The notes under the pieces: generated by a model | The model's input: the letters and a program-made list of their open reading frames with translations, nothing else | Told to the model about the DNA's origin: nothing | The model's database searches: none | Shown here: positions 42,601 through 57,072 of the stretch, one piece after another | How positions within the stretch are numbered: the first letter of the stretch is position 1 | Layout: the number at the start of each line of letters is the position of its first letter | NCBI GenBank assembly: GCA_964016885.1 | Contig: OZ024743.1 | Location: forward strand, 168,144,001 to 168,208,000 | DNA: 64,000 nt | From: Eledone cirrhosa | Taxonomy: Eukaryota | Reading direction: 5' to 3' | Position numbers and translations under genes: made by a program

Positions 42601-42991
42601 CAGTATGTACATTTTCCGTGTATGGTAATTAGGCTTCAATTTTATATTATTTTGTCCAGTATATACTTCCTATTCTACAATAGCCATTGCGGGAAACGAT
42701 ACCTTAAAATAGCTGAGAAAAACCCCAGGAATAGAATTGTTTCATTCAAAGGAAATCATCAGGAAAGCTTTCCTGGTGATTTCCTTCGAAACAGTTCTAG
42801 TCCCGTAGAAGCCATTTCTATATTACATTTTGTATATACTCTTCTATGTTTTGAGTACCTTACTTACTATCGTTACCCCCGATATATATATAGAGCGAGA
42901 GAGGGAAGCAAAATATCCAATTACTAATTCACAGTTAAATTTAGCACCAGGTAAACGTCATTCGACTCTTGGGTTTTATTATTATGATGTG

Positions 42992-43048
<57 letters not shown>

Positions 43049-44185
43049 GTGTGTGTGTGTGGGAGGGGTGCGTGTGTGTGAGTGTGTGGGAGTGTGAGTA
43101 TGTATGTGCGTGTGAAGGTATGTGTGTGTGTTTGTGCATGAAACTATAAAATGTAATCATTATTCTCTATCATTAATAAATAGTGACCGAGTTTCCTCCT
43201 TAAGCATAATATTCTTGCTTTCTATATCTTGTTAATCGTCTATCTATAGAATATGTAATATGTGGTAGAATAAAAACAAAAAACAAGTGTGGACCTCTTA
43301 AACGTATATAAAAATATGAGTAAATTGTTACTTACTTCGGAAAACCTGTTGCCCACCCCCTTCCACACACAAAAAGAAAGGAAAAAGATCCGAATACACA
43401 TATATATATAAAACATCCAAAAGATGATTTCCATATGAGGAAATCTTGTCAGTACAGTAATGGTTGAGACAATTGACACATCTCACTTATTTCAATACTC
43501 CAACCGAAATAAAATATGTGTATGATTTTTCACTTCCGGGTATGTATACTGTACTATCTCGTTGGAGGCGGCGAATTGGCAGAGTAGTTATAATGTTGGA
43601 TTAAATGCTGTGCGGTATTTGTTTTGGTTCTTTGCTCTCAGGGTTCAAATACCGCTGAAGTCAACTTTTCTTTTTTATCAATTCGAGGTCGATAAAATAA
43701 GTACCAGTTTATACCGGGGGCGATTCTTCTTCTATACCTCGCTCTTGCTTCCGCTCTCTGATTTCTTTTCCTTCGCTGGAAGAAACGCTGTGTCCAGACC
43801 TGGAGAGCGATGGACTCTGCCAGGTTTTTAAAATGCCCTAAAAACGCCGTATGTCACGACAACGTGCCTACGATTCCCTCGGGAATTTCCGAGACTTCTT
43901 TTTATTATATCCTGTTGATGCAGTGTGGCAAAATGTTTAAAAGGTTCGCCTCGCAATGATTTGGTCACAGGTTCAACACACGGTATGGTGTTCTGGACAA
44001 CTGTCATTCACTCTGGTCTCAAGTTGAGCCAACCCTTATGAGTGGAACAGAGTAGTTGGAAACTGTTTGGAAACCCGTTGGATTGACTCTTGTAATTCAA
44101 TGAGCCAGCCGTTCGCATTCTGTCGCACGCTGAATCCAGTCTAAGAATTTCATTCAATGTTTGTAGAATACTCACTAACTTCTAC

Positions 44186-44220
<35 letters not shown>

Positions 44221-44225
44221 TAATA

Positions 44226-44418
44226 ATAATTGTTACTACTTTTGGCACAAGGCCAGCAATTACCCAGTGCATTACTGGTACTTTATTTTATCGACCCCGT
44301 AAGGATGAAAGGCAAAGTTAACCTCGGCGGGATTTGAACTCAGATCATACAGGGAGGTAACTCTATGCTTCAAAGCATTGCATCCGATCCTCTACCGATA
44401 CTGCCAATCCACCGCCTT
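44226..44418 (-). mobile_element. tRNA-derived SINE (major family); others at 39750-39928, 45365-45538, 47935-48060, 51855-52040, 58543-58712 (minus) and 43565-43710, 55875-56066 (plus)
   Basis: Same A/B boxes and body as the copy at 10376. Confidence 0.85.
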
Positions 44419-44435
44419 TATAATAATAATAATAA

Positions 44436-45320
44436 TGGATGTCCAAGGAGGAAATAAAAACAAGGATAAAGAGCAACCTTCATGAAAAACCCTTCATAGT
44501 ACCTTCTTTGAGAAAACTGAATTCAGAGATCCACAGACATGGAACTGATTGAAAAGAGAGACCTTAAACAGGCTACAGAAGGAATGCTAATGGCTGCGCA
44601 AGAGCAGACCCTCAAAACGAAGTGGCTGAAACACCATATTTACAAGGAGGAGGCTAGCCCACTGTGTAGGATCTGTGGAGAGAGAGAGGAGACTGTGGCT
44701 CACATTGTATCCGAGTGTAAACACCTAGCCCAGACTCACTATAAAGGCTGGAGACATGATGTGATGGGCAGGGTGATCCACTGGCACCTATGCAAAGTGA
44801 ACAATTTACCACATTCTGAGAAGTGGTATGAGCAAAATCCAGAGTCGGTGATAGAAAACGATCAGGTGAAGGTGCTGTGGGATTTTAGGATACAGACGGA
44901 CAAGAAACTGGAACACAATAGACCTGACCTGGTGGTTTTGGACAAGGAAAAAAGATTGTGCCTGATTGTTGATGTAGCCTGCCCATTCGACACGAGAGTG
45001 CAAGAGAGGGAGAGGGAGAAAATTAACCGATACCAGGACTTAAAGTGGGAGGTTAAAAGGATTTGGAACTGCCATGAAGTCAAAGTGGTCTCGATTGTCA
45101 TAGGCGCACTAGGTACTATCACAAAGAGTTTCCAAGGATGGTTAAAGAAAATTGGTCCCGCCCCGCTTTTTGGAACACTTCAAAAGGCATCCTTGCTGGG
45201 AACAGCAAGAACCCTCCGATACGTCCTGAATATCTGAGGCTGCAGGTAGTGGCTTGATATTCATTTCAACAAACTTTCCAGTTAACTAACATCAATGACT
45301 GAGACTCAAAGAGTAATAAC
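44436..45320 (+). mobile_element. Dong/R4-like LINE 3' part (CCHC and restriction-like endonuclease; ORF 44539-45237)
   Basis: CRICGEREETVAHIVSEC, RHD, RPDLV...DVACP...EKINRY; (TAA)n on both sides. Confidence 0.9.
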
Positions 45321-45368
<48 letters not shown>

Positions 45369-45548
45369 TGTTTCTACTTTTGGCACAAGGCCAGCAATTA
45401 TCCCAGTCTATTACTCGTACTTTATTTTATCGACCCCGTAAGGATGAAAGGCAAAGTTAGCCTCAGCGGGATTTGAACTCAGAATGGCAAGTACCGTAAC
45501 TCGATGCTTGGCGTCCGACCCTCTACCGATACTGCCAATAATAATAAT

Positions 45549-47740
45549 GATTTCTTTATTGGCCACAAGCGCTGACATCAAGAAAAACATTACAGACGGC
45601 ACAGGACGGTACGATGTGGGTTTTGTGCGTGTAAAGATTTGTATTATTCATATAAGAAACGAGAAAAAAATACAGAAACATATATATATATAAACAATAA
45701 CAATGAAAATTGAAACAATGAAAAATTCCCCAATAGGGGGGAACCTCCGAGGGTTAGTTGTGGCGAAAACCACACAAATGACCACGGCCACCCTGACCAC
45801 CAGGGCAAGCGCCCACTCTCAATTTTTCCATTTCTCAAACTACAGGCGTATATTCAGAGCGGTCCCGTTCACTCGGGACTTGGGTCAGTTTGACCCTCAC
45901 AATTTTTTTGCCCGCAGCAGGAAAGCACCAACACCATTTCCTCGCTCCTTAGGGTCACTAAGGATTGAGCCTTTGTCTCCTGGGGTGTGGCAAAAAGCAC
46001 GTCCACGGTGGCATATTTCTTGCCTCGGGTGATATGCGTTTTCCGCTGCCACACAGACCCTAAGTATTTTTGTATTTGAGCCTCTGTGGCTCTTTCAAGC
46101 CTACGTGAGTTTGTGCTTACTGTACGTTACGTGACTGTACAGTGCTGTTGGGTTTCGAAAAATTCTTCGGCTGCCTTGCAGATTGCTCGGTGTCCGGTTT
46201 TCGTCACCATCTTCCTTGCTTCCTGTAATTCCTCATCTATATATATAAAACTGAGGATGTCTGTCTGTGTGTGTGTCAGTTTGAATCCCTAAAACTCAAG
46301 AACCACCCAACTGACTGTTTTCAATCTTTACACATGTAATACTTATGTTCTGAGCAAACAATTTTTCAATGCCCTAGGGACCGCATTAGGCGATTTAGCG
46401 ATCTCTCTCTATAATTCTTAGACTTTCTCTTTTTAGATAGATACATACATATAACGTCGCGCCCTTATAATATCTGTCTGTATGTCTTGCTGTATGCATT
46501 ACATCACATCCCTGAGGATGTCTGTGTGTGTGTGAGTTTGAATCCTTAAAACTCGAGAAGTACCCAATCGATTTTTTTCTAACTTTACATGTGTATTACT
46601 TATGTTTCAGGGGGTGTTATGCACATAAAAAATTCAACTTTTTGATCTCCTAGGGCCCGCATTAGGTGAAAAACTGCGTTTTTTAAGCTTTTTAGGGTTT
46701 TATTTAGGCCTTACGTCAGACCGATTTCATTGAAATTGTAACTATGTATTAATCAGTCTCTTCTTCATACCGTGAGCAAAGAAAACCCAACCTTTTTATG
46801 GCCTAGGGCCTGCATTAGGTGAAAAACTTCATGTTTAAAGCTTTTTAGGGCTTTTTGGAGGCGTCATGTCTAGCCGATTTTCCTCGAAATGTCAAGGCAT
46901 ATTATAGAAAAAAATTATTTTCTTGATCCCCTATGTGAAAACCTGCATTTTTGCTACTTCATCAAGGAAAATCTTAAAGATTATCCAGCCATCAGAGTAT
47001 TCAGTTTATTGTCTTTACACATTGTCCAGGCATGCAGTTTTTCCACGATTAGGTCTTTTGGAGGCCCATGTTGCAAAATACCTTATCCCGTGCAACGCCG
47101 GGTACCACTGCTAGCTTGTTATAAGGATGGTTTCCAGGTTCTTTGCGATACCTGCAAACGAGATTGGTTTTTCTTTCTTCTTGTTGTTGTTGTTGTCATC
47201 AGAGCTGCTGTTACTTTTGTTGTTGCTGCTGGTACTACGACCGCCGCCGCTGTTGCTGTTGTTGTTGTTGTTGCTGTTGTTGTTGCTGTTGCTGCTGCTG
47301 TTGTTGTTGTTGCTGTTGCTGATGTTGGTGTTTATGCTGCTGCTGATGTTGTTGCGGCTGCTACTAGTATTTTCCTCGCCACTGTTGCTGCTGCTGCTGT
47401 TATTTCGGCTGCTGCTGCTATTCTTCATGACGTCAGATGAATGAAATGGCTTTCCGTATTTACCGCACACATCTTTCGTCGTTGTCGTCGTCGTGGAGAA
47501 ATGTTCCACGGTACGCGCGTTCTCTTGATGAAGAACGCTACGAGAAACTACATTTTTCTTTTTCTTTAATGGCGTCGCTTGCGAAAGAGGCGATAGAGGC
47601 GACATCACATTTAGAAAAGGGAGGAAGAGAGACAATCTTTTCTCTGACGTAATGACGATTGGGGAAGAAGAAGACGGAAGGAGTGGGAGTGACTTGTGGA
47701 AATTCTTTTTTGTAGCCATGTTTTTTTACGGTTTAAAATG
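45549..47740 (-). mobile_element. Internally deleted Tx1/L1-like LINE (putative ORF1 N-terminus joined to the ORF2 end), interrupted by a Helitron
   Basis: 45549-45880 matches the 3' end at 11488-11790; ORF from 47719 continues in frame at 46235 when 46236-47114 is removed. Confidence 0.65.
46236..47114 (+). mobile_element. Non-autonomous Helitron
   Basis: A|TCTATATATATAAAACTGAG start; CCCGTGCAACGCCGGG hairpin, then CTAG end. Confidence 0.85.
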
Positions 47741-48729
47741 AATATTGGGCAAAAATCCCCAATAACTAGTTATTTAACCCCGAAGGGCCAAATAACGAGC
47801 AGAAAGATCCCTCTCATGAGGAGGGGGTGTCTTTATCTACAATTTGGTTCAAGTTTTAAACAATTTACAATTGTTATAACGGTTAAAAATTACAATACCT
47901 TACAGAGCTGAGCCTCCGTCAACCATAATAATAATAATTGTTTCTACTTTTGGCACAAGGCCAGCAATTATCCCAGTGCATTACTGGTACTTTATTTTAT
48001 CGACCCCGTAAGGTACTTTATTTTATCCCCCGGCGGGATTTGAACTCAGAATGGAAAGGGCTAATAATGAAATCCTGAAGGTTGTTATGGGTTCGCTCCC
48101 GTAAGTTTATGTTATTTTAAATATTTAAACACTTGTGATATAGTAATTTTTATTGCAAATGGGACAGAAGGCATCAGCCCTCATCTTCAAGTGAGATCAC
48201 ATACTATCTAGGAATATAACTCAAATAATTAATCTTCTGTTAAAAATGTTATATTCAAAAGAGAAAACGTTTACAAGTGGAAGAAAACCTATCTGCGTCC
48301 ACTAACTACAACAGCCAAATAACGGGAATATCACCGCCGCCACGACCACCAATCCCATAATAATAATTATTATTGCTGCATCTCTAAGTTCTCTCAAAAT
48401 GTTTAGTCCATATATTAAGGAATGATGTCAACTTGTATATTAAATATAACTAACAAATTGAAAATCTACTGAACATAACACAGGCAAAAACAAACGCAAC
48501 ATCAAAAGAAAAACAAAATTCAAAATTCGAAATCAGCAACAGTAACAGCAACAACAACACTAGTAAGCGATGTTATTGGCCTTGGACAAGAAAGGATAAA
48601 ACAAAAAAAGTCAGACATTCAAACATTACAATGACAACCTCACCACCACCGCCACTACCACTACTGCCACTGAAAAATGAAAATGATAATGATTTGTTGA
48701 TGTTGATGGTGGTGATGCTGATGATAATG

Positions 48730-49528
48730 GTTGTTTCTACTTTTGGAGCAGGGCCAGCGATTGCCCCTGTGAATTACTGGTGTTTTGACTTGTCAACTCC
48801 GTATGTGGTGAGGAGCGGGGTTGTCTTCGACAGGATTTGTGCTCAGACCATAAATGGTAGATGCTGATGATAATAATTGTTTCTGCTTTTGGCAAAGGGC
48901 AAGCAATATCCCCAGTGTATTACTGGAGCTCTATTTTACCGACCACGTAAGATAGTAATAATTGTTTCAACTTTTGGCACAAGGACAGCAATTACCCAGA
49001 GCATTGCTGGTACTTTATTTTATCGATCCCGTAAGGATGAAAGGCAAAGTTAACCTCGGCGGGATTTGAACTCAGAATGGCAAGGGCCGTAACTCTATGC
49101 GTCAAAGCATGGCGTCCGACCCTTGACCGATACTGCCAAGATAATAATAATTGTTTCTACTGTTGGTACAAGGCCAGCAATTATATCAGTGTATTACTGG
49201 TACTTTATTTTGTCGATCCCGTAAGGATGAAAAGCAATGTTAACCTCGGCGGGATTTGAACTCAGACCATAAAGAGCCGTAACTTTTTGCTGCAAAGCAT
49301 GGCGTCCGACCCTCTACTGATACTGCCAAACCAGCGCCAATATAATAATAATTGTTTCTACTTTAGGCACAAGGCCAGCAATTACCCAGTGCATTACTGG
49401 TACTTTATTTTATCGACCCCGTAAGGATGAAAGGCAAAGTCAACCTCGGCGGCATTTGAACTCAGATCGTAAAGGGACGTAACTATGCTGGAAATCATGG
49501 TGTCTGAACCTCTACCGATACTGCCAAT
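48730..49528 (-). mobile_element. Cluster of about 5 head-to-tail SINE copies
   Basis: Repeated AATAATTGTTTC..CTTTTGGCACAAGG at about 48730, 48875, 48960, 49148, 49350. Confidence 0.85.
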
Positions 49529-49549
49529 ATAATAATAATGAATTATAAA

Positions 49550-50172
49550 CAGGATTCATATTAAAAAATGGCTGAGACTGTGGCTCAGATCGTATCCGAG
49601 TGTAAATACCTAGCCCAGACTTATTATAAAGGCTGGAGGCATGGTATAATAGGAAAGGTGGTTCACTGGCATTTATGCAAACTAAATACTTTATCACATT
49701 CTGAGAAGTTGTATGAGAATAAGACAGAGTAGAAAAGGATCAAGTGAAGGTGTTATGGAATTTCAGGATACAGACGGACAAGAAATTAAAATACAATAGG
49801 CCTGACCTGGTGGTTTTTGACAAGGGAAAAAGCTCGTGCCTTATTGTAGATGTTGGCTGCCCATTTGACACAAGAGTGCAAGAAAAAGAGAAGGAGAAAA
49901 TTAACCAATACCAGGATTTAAAGTTGGACTTAAAAGTGATTTGGGACTATCATGAGATCAAGGTCGTCCCGATTGTTATAGGAGCACTAGGTACTATCTC
50001 AAAAAGAACATTAGTCCAGTACTCTTTTTGGAACACTTCAAAAGGCATGCTTGCTGGGAACAACAAGGACCCTCCGTAACGTCCTGAAGATCTGAGGCTG
50101 CAGGTAGTGGCTTGATATTCTTTTCAACAAACTTTCCAGTTAAATAACATCAATGACTGAGACTCAAAGAAT
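49550..50172 (+). pseudogene. Dong/R4-like LINE 3' fragment, degraded
   Basis: Paralogous to 44690-45310; RPDLVV...DVGCPFD. Confidence 0.85.
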
Positions 50173-50206
<34 letters not shown>

Positions 50207-50224
50207 GCAGCAGCAGCAACAATA

Positions 50225-51780
50225 ACTGGTACTGCACACGCATTGAGAAGAGCACTATCTCTGTAAGAATGATATCCCTCCATGCATACTACAGCCACTT
50301 TCTTTATATGGATGATATGGCGCTATTTGGAAACAATAATGGGCAACTGGAAGGTTTACTGCACACAATGAAACAATCCAGTGAGGACATCCATATGGAA
50401 TTTGGACTGGACAGATGTGCAAAACCACTGTTTTCTAATCATCAAGATATTGTCATAGACAAACAAACCACCATAAAGGAACTTAACAATGAAGTGTTCT
50501 ACAAATATGTTGAAGTTAATGAAGAAGATGGTATGCAGCATGCAAACATAAAGGAAAAGATACGGAAGGAATACATAAGGTGAATGATACTGGTAACAAA
50601 AAGTGAGCTAAATTCCTGCAACAAGTTCAAAGCCACCAACAGTTTAGCAGTGTCTGTTGTAACATACAGCTTTAACATCATAAACTGGAACCTGCAAGAA
50701 CTACAATGGCTGGACACTAAGACCAGAAAACTGACAACAAAAAAAAATGCACCACCCTAAAGGCAAGGAGAGAATGTGGACGAGGACTCATACAAACAGC
50801 AACCATTGGATTGGATAGCTGTCTCCACCAGCCCCGAGATGAACTTCCTAAGCCTGTACTCAAGCATGAACGGATTAAAAAAGTACAGTTAATAATAAAA
50901 GAGGTGAGCAAAGTTAGGCAAAAACTGAACATGGACCAAGGCATCCCCATAGAAAATCAACAACAGAGTGCTGCACAGGTAGCTATGACTGTGAAGATCA
51001 AAGCAAAGAAACTCCAAACAGAGGAACTAAACCGTGAATGGAAAGCAAAACCACTACATTTCCAGAACGACTAGATTCCCAGAACGACTTTCTAACAATG
51101 ATATCGATCAGTGACGCTCACTATCCTGGCTCAGAAGTGCAAGTTAAAAGCAGAGACTGAGGGACCCTTAGTTGCTGCACAAGACCAATCTTTAAACTTT
51201 CGGCCTATAGACAGAATAGAGAAAGATGGGACTAGTCCTCTATGCAGAATATGCTACAAATACGAAGAAACGGTAGATCATGTTATCTCCGGGTGTCCAG
51301 AGCTGGCAAAAGCTGATTATATAGAAAGACACAACCACAATTCTAAATATGTGCACTGGATGCTCTGTCGCTTTCATGATACCCAAACCTCTGACAAATG
51401 GTATAAACATCAACCAAAAACAATCTTGTGGGATGCCCGTGATAACTGATCAAGAAATCGCTGCCAACAAACCAGATATTATCGTAAAAATAAAACAGAT
51501 CGGATCTGTAACCTTATAAATATTACTGTACCAGCAATGGATGGAAAAACAATGGAAAAACTGTCAAAATACAAAGATCTGGAAATAGAGATCAACCGCA
51601 TGTAGAAGATGACCACAAACCCTATCCCTGTAGTAATAGGAGCATTAGGATTAGGACCCAAATCATCAGACCTGCATCTTAGCGTCCTTCCCTACAAGAT
51701 CAGCAAATATGAGCTACAGAAGATAGGGCTACTAGGAACAGCACACATTCTTAGATGAGTTTTCTCGCTAAAATTAAAAC
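50225..51780 (+). pseudogene. Dong/R4-like LINE (RT C-terminal half, CCHC, RLE), degraded
   Basis: SHFLYMDD, MEFGLDRCAK, CRICYKYEETVDHVISGC, ERHN, KYKDLEIEI. Confidence 0.85.
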
Positions 51781-52335
51781 ATATATTGCCCGAATAGATC
51801 TAATCGAAATAACATGATGATGATGATGGTGATGATGATGATGATGATGATGATAATTGTTTCTACTTTGGGCACAAGGCCAGCAATCACACCAGTACAT
51901 TACTGGTACTTCATTTTATCGACCTCGTAAGGATGAAAGGCAAAGTTAACCTCGGCGGAATTTGAACTCAGATCATAAAAGGCATAGCTCTATGCGTCAA
52001 AGCATGGCGTCAGACCCTCTACCGATACTGCCAATCCACTGCTCTCTATGCGGCAAAGCATGGCGTCCGACCCTCTACCGATACTGAACAACAACAACAA
52101 CAATGATTATAATAATGAAGAGGTGAGGAGGATAATTATGATGATTACGATGATGACAACAACAATGACGAAAATAAAAATGAAATATAAAGCTCTAACA
52201 AGGAAGGAAAGAAGCAGTGACTTGAAAAATGAGTAAGTTTAATAAAATAGAGATATTATCAAAGTCGTGTGTCCTGGTTCTTATCTTGTCCTGATTGAGG
52301 CCAGAAGAACAAGGAAATTACTTCGTAAGGATAAT

Positions 52336-52455
<120 letters not shown>

Positions 52456-53091
52456 GAGTGCTGTCATATCAGAGCTATACATGTGACTAGGCCAATCGGA
52501 ACATTTAGTAACATGATTGAGAGGTGAAGAAAACGAAAAAAAAATAACAAAAGAAACAAACAATGAATTGAAATTACCATTATTATTGTTATTATTAACT
52601 ATATTTTATATTTCCACTTCTCTAATTATTTATTATTCTCAAGTTGCCTGAACTAAAATATATTTCTTGAAAATGTCTGGCCGTATGTAGATTCGTGAGT
52701 TAACCAAAGTATACCAAGCGGACGTCCATGAGTTTCAAAAGATTATTGAAATATATTTCTACCTGTGAATCTTCAATTTTCATGCAGAATTGATGAAACA
52801 TTACGGAAGGAATAAAGACAGCAAAGTAAATCTGACAGAAGTGGAAACATTCAAGAAGTAGTTTGGCTACTTCTGAAAAGTTGAGGAATCTCGTTGTTAG
52901 AAAGAAGGTTAGCAAGTGTTTCTACTCTTAGTTACCTCGTCTTTGTTATGTGTAATAGATTTCACAATTTATTTGGAAATAAATGTTGATAAAATAAGTT
53001 TTCAAGATTGATTTAAAAAAAAGAAAGTAACATTAAAGTCACATAATTTATTATCATAACTTTATCATATTCTACACACACACACACGAAT

Positions 53092-53168
<77 letters not shown>

Positions 53169-53256
53169 TATATATATGATTAGCGGCCTTTAGACTCACC
53201 TGGTCAATGAAATAAAACCCTTTTTGTACAGCCGACCATGTTATTCTTCAATCTGC

Positions 53257-53414
53257 ATGGACACACTGAAAGAGGAAGACCAAAGTTAACGTATGTTGAT
53301 GCCCTAAGGACAGACACTGGTCTGTTGGAGGCGCAGGAGATGGCAGCGATAATGAGGGACAGAGACCGCTGGAGAGAACTCGTCCATGGATCTCGGGAAT
53401 TTTACCCGCCCTAG
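53257..53414 (+). mobile_element. RTE-like LINE 3' end
   Basis: Homologous to 19025-19180, opposite strand. Confidence 0.75.
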
Positions 53415-53450
53415 ATATATATATATATAAATTCAGCGAGAATCGCATTT

Positions 53451-53517
<67 letters not shown>

Positions 53518-53962
53518 CATGCATCGCTTTATTAAAATCTGTTGTCTGGTAGTTTTTAGCATTTCTAGTTACCACCAAGAGCATAGATACCCCAAAAGAT
53601 ATTTCTATATATGATATATTAAGGTTTCGATAAAAAGTACAAAGTTTTTACGTAGAATTTAATTTATCGAATGTTTATTTTAATGTTATCATTGTACCTG
53701 TCAAAAACGGTAGGGTTTATAGTAAAAAATATTTAATTAAACACCTTGATTGTAACATACTGTATAAAAAGGTTTGAATCATTCTCCCACATTCCACTCC
53801 GACTGTGGTGGTTGTATTTCATTTTGCATTTATTTAAATCTTCTTCTTCTTCTTTTTCTTGAGAGGTTCGTGGGGCCAGAGTCGTCAAACACTCCTTCCA
53901 ACCGGTCCTGTCAGAAGCAATCGTTTCTATCTAAATTACGATGAGTTTGTCCTGCATGTCTT

Positions 53963-54024
<62 letters not shown>

Positions 54025-54113
54025 TCTCCCCCCCTCTCTCTCTCTCTTTCTCTCTCGTTATTATTGTTGTTCTACTTATGAGCATATAGCTATAGCTACG
54101 CAGTTACATTGAC

Positions 54114-54173
<60 letters not shown>

Positions 54174-54180
54174 TTATATG

Positions 54181-54227
<47 letters not shown>

Positions 54228-54228
<1 letters not shown>

Positions 54229-55677
54229 TGTTTCTTTATTAGCCACAGGGGCACAAAAGAAGGGGACAAATACAAAGGAGGAAGTTCACATACAATAAAA
54301 ACGTGTAAAATATTATCACAAATGCAATTTAAAAAATTAGTCGATTTTCCCCAATAGGGGAGACAGTTCATATGGGTAACACATAGCCCCGAAAAAATGT
54401 GCAACCCTCATCTGCAGGAGTACGAAGAGTTTGTACTCCTTTCCTCTCCTCCTCCTTTTCCTCAACCTACAGGCTGATATAGAGAGAAGGCCCATTCACT
54501 CGGGCCATTCTCGCCACTTTCACCCACCTTTCATAAAACTTGCTGGGGTACAGCACCTCTCTTTCCATCCTGATTCTTCTTCCAAAGTGGTATTTGAAAA
54601 AAAGAATCAGTTGTTGGCGGGAGAGAAAGGTATCTGACCTCAGCCCTTTCAACCTTGTCCACCATACAACCTCTTTCGCCATAGCTATCACACAAAGGAA
54701 AACCGTCTCTCCTTCGTTTTTGAAGGAGGGTGGCGGTTTGATCATGACAATGGACTCGGTGGTAAACCGGATTGGTCCCACCCGCGACAATAGTCGTTCT
54801 ACATAGCCCCACTGGTCAGTGACGCCCGGGCAGTGTATGAATGCGTGCGCGACGGTTTCTTCGTTACGCACGCACCTCGGACAGATCTTTTTTGCAGGGT
54901 CCCTGCCCGGGCGTCCATGTCTGTAGAGTTTGTCTCGAACTGGTAGAGCTCCTCGGTAGCACTGCCAGGCCAGGGACTTTTGGAAGTTGTCCATCGGTCC
55001 CGGGAGGAAGGTCCTACCGAACAGACTGGCCAGTTCATCTTCCTCTACGCCTAGAGTTTTACCGAGCACGTCGTCGCACTTGCTGCGGATCAACCCTCTA
55101 TAGAATGACGAAGTGGAATCTCCACTGATCGCCGAGTCCGCCTGCCAGAGGGCTGTGAGCGCCTGAGCACATTCCACGTGCCAGTCGCCCATTTTCCTCG
55201 GTCTTTGCTTGACCCAGGACTGCAGCTCGATCAGCGAGACGAGTCGTGGGAAGGCTCGCCTCACGAACGGGGCCCACACCGGTTGTCCGGTGAGGAATAC
55301 GTAGAGATGCCGCAGCCTGAGCGCGTGTTTGCGCATCGTCAACCACGGCATCCCCAGCCCTCCGTTAGAAGGGTGTTGGCAGATGGATCTTCTCACCAAA
55401 GGAGCCCGCCTCTTCCAAAGGAATTGGAAGAGCGCGCGCTCCATTTTGGCGAGCGTTTTGGCTGGACAAGGCACGACGGTCAAGCGGTAGTAGATGGCGG
55501 ACGCTATAAAAGTGTTCGCCACCTCCGCTCGACCTTTCAAGGATAGTTTGCACTCGGCCCACTTCTGGGTGAGTGCAAACACCTTGGCCGTCACTTCGTT
55601 CCAGTTCTTTTCCACCTGAAGGTCCGGAACAAAAAAGACCCCGAGCAGCTTTACCGGTCCTTCCGTCCAGCGTACTC
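54228..55677 (-). mobile_element. 5'-truncated Tx1/L1-clade LINE (open frame 54467-55615)
   Basis: KLSLKGRAEVAN, GGLGMP, LPVRDKL...CPRC...ETVAHAFIHC; (TATC)n tail; tail copy at 20490-20598. Confidence 0.9.
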
Positions 55678-56096
55678 AACAATAAAATCGAAAGATCAAT
55701 TTATTGTAACCATAGACTCAAAGAGAAGTTTTCGCACTACAAATCGAACCCTTAACATCTTACTACCAACTGACAAACTGCATATACTTAGACTTTATAC
55801 CCTCTTATTGTATCTAAACCCTTTTAATTACCCACAAAACCATTGTTATTGTCATTATTATCTTTATCTTTGTAGGGCGGTGGATTGGCAGTATCTGTAG
55901 AGGTTCGAACGCCATGCTTTCCAGCATAGTTACGTCCCTTTACGATCTGAGTTCAAAGCCCGCCGAGGTTGACTTTGCCTTTCATCCTTACGGGGTCGAT
56001 AAAATAAAGTACCAGTAATGCACTGGGTATTTGCTGGCCTTGTGCCTAAAGTAGAAACAATTATTATCTTTATCTTTATTTTATATATATATATAT

Positions 56097-56208
56097 AAAT
56101 GGAATAGAATGAAACGAAATTTCATTTCTCACTCTTAGTACGGCACTTACTTAAATGTAAGTATGTATGTATACGTACATACATATATGTATACAGACGT
56201 ACAGCAGC

Positions 56209-56263
<55 letters not shown>

Positions 56264-57009
56264 CAGGCACACATATATATATGCACGTATCAGTTTATCG
56301 AACATTTATTATAATGTTCGCTTTGTTCGTTTGTAAACAAACGAACAGCCTGAATTTATGCCGTACAGTGTTTTGGCAACCACGTCACCTTTTTGTTCAA
56401 CATTGACACAGGAACGTTGTACTAGTTTCAAGCTTATTAGCTATCGTCAGCACCGTATACCTTTCTGCAAGATGGTTGAACGTCCGAAAGTATATACTTT
56501 CCTTATGAAAATTAACGGCTGAGCAGCCTAATTTGCATATCGAGTGAGTTCAGTCGGCCAGGCGCACCGAAAACGATAAATGGAATAGAATGAAACGAAA
56601 TTTCATTTCTCACTCTTAGTACGGCACTTACTTAAATGTAAGTATGTATGTATACGTACATACATATATGTATACAGACGTACAGTAGCATGTATATATA
56701 TATACATACAGGCACACATTATATATGCACGTATCAGTTTACCGAACATTTATTATAATGCTCGGTTTGTTCGTTTGTAAACAAACAAATAGCCTGAATT
56801 ACGCCGTACAGTGTTTAGGCAACCACGTCACCTTTTTGTTCAACATTGACACAGGAACGTTGTACTAGTTTCAAGCTTATTAGCTATCGTCAGCACCGTA
56901 TACCTTTCTGCCAGATACGTGCATATATATATATGTGTGCCTGTATGTATATATATACATGCTACTGTACGTCTGTATACATATATGTATGTACGTATAC
57001 ATACATACT

Positions 57010-57014
<5 letters not shown>
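56097..57014 (-). mobile_element. Family C tandem element (about 1.7 units) with two HHRs (56414-56456, 56857-56899) and an inverted terminal piece
   Basis: Unit starts at 56097 and 56578; 56916-57014 is inverted relative to 56637-56733. Confidence 0.9.

Positions 57015-57072
<58 letters not shown>

Noticed and set aside
42728-42805. Small fold-back with CTGATGA-TTTCCTTTGAAT-GAAA (related sequence at 40128-40180)
   Set aside because: No stem I complement after a cleavage triplet, so not called a ribozyme
52690-52920. Possible exon with an EF-hand-like peptide (LMKHYGRNKDSKVNLTE)
   Set aside because: Key ligand positions are wrong, splice donor is weak, and there are no partner exons
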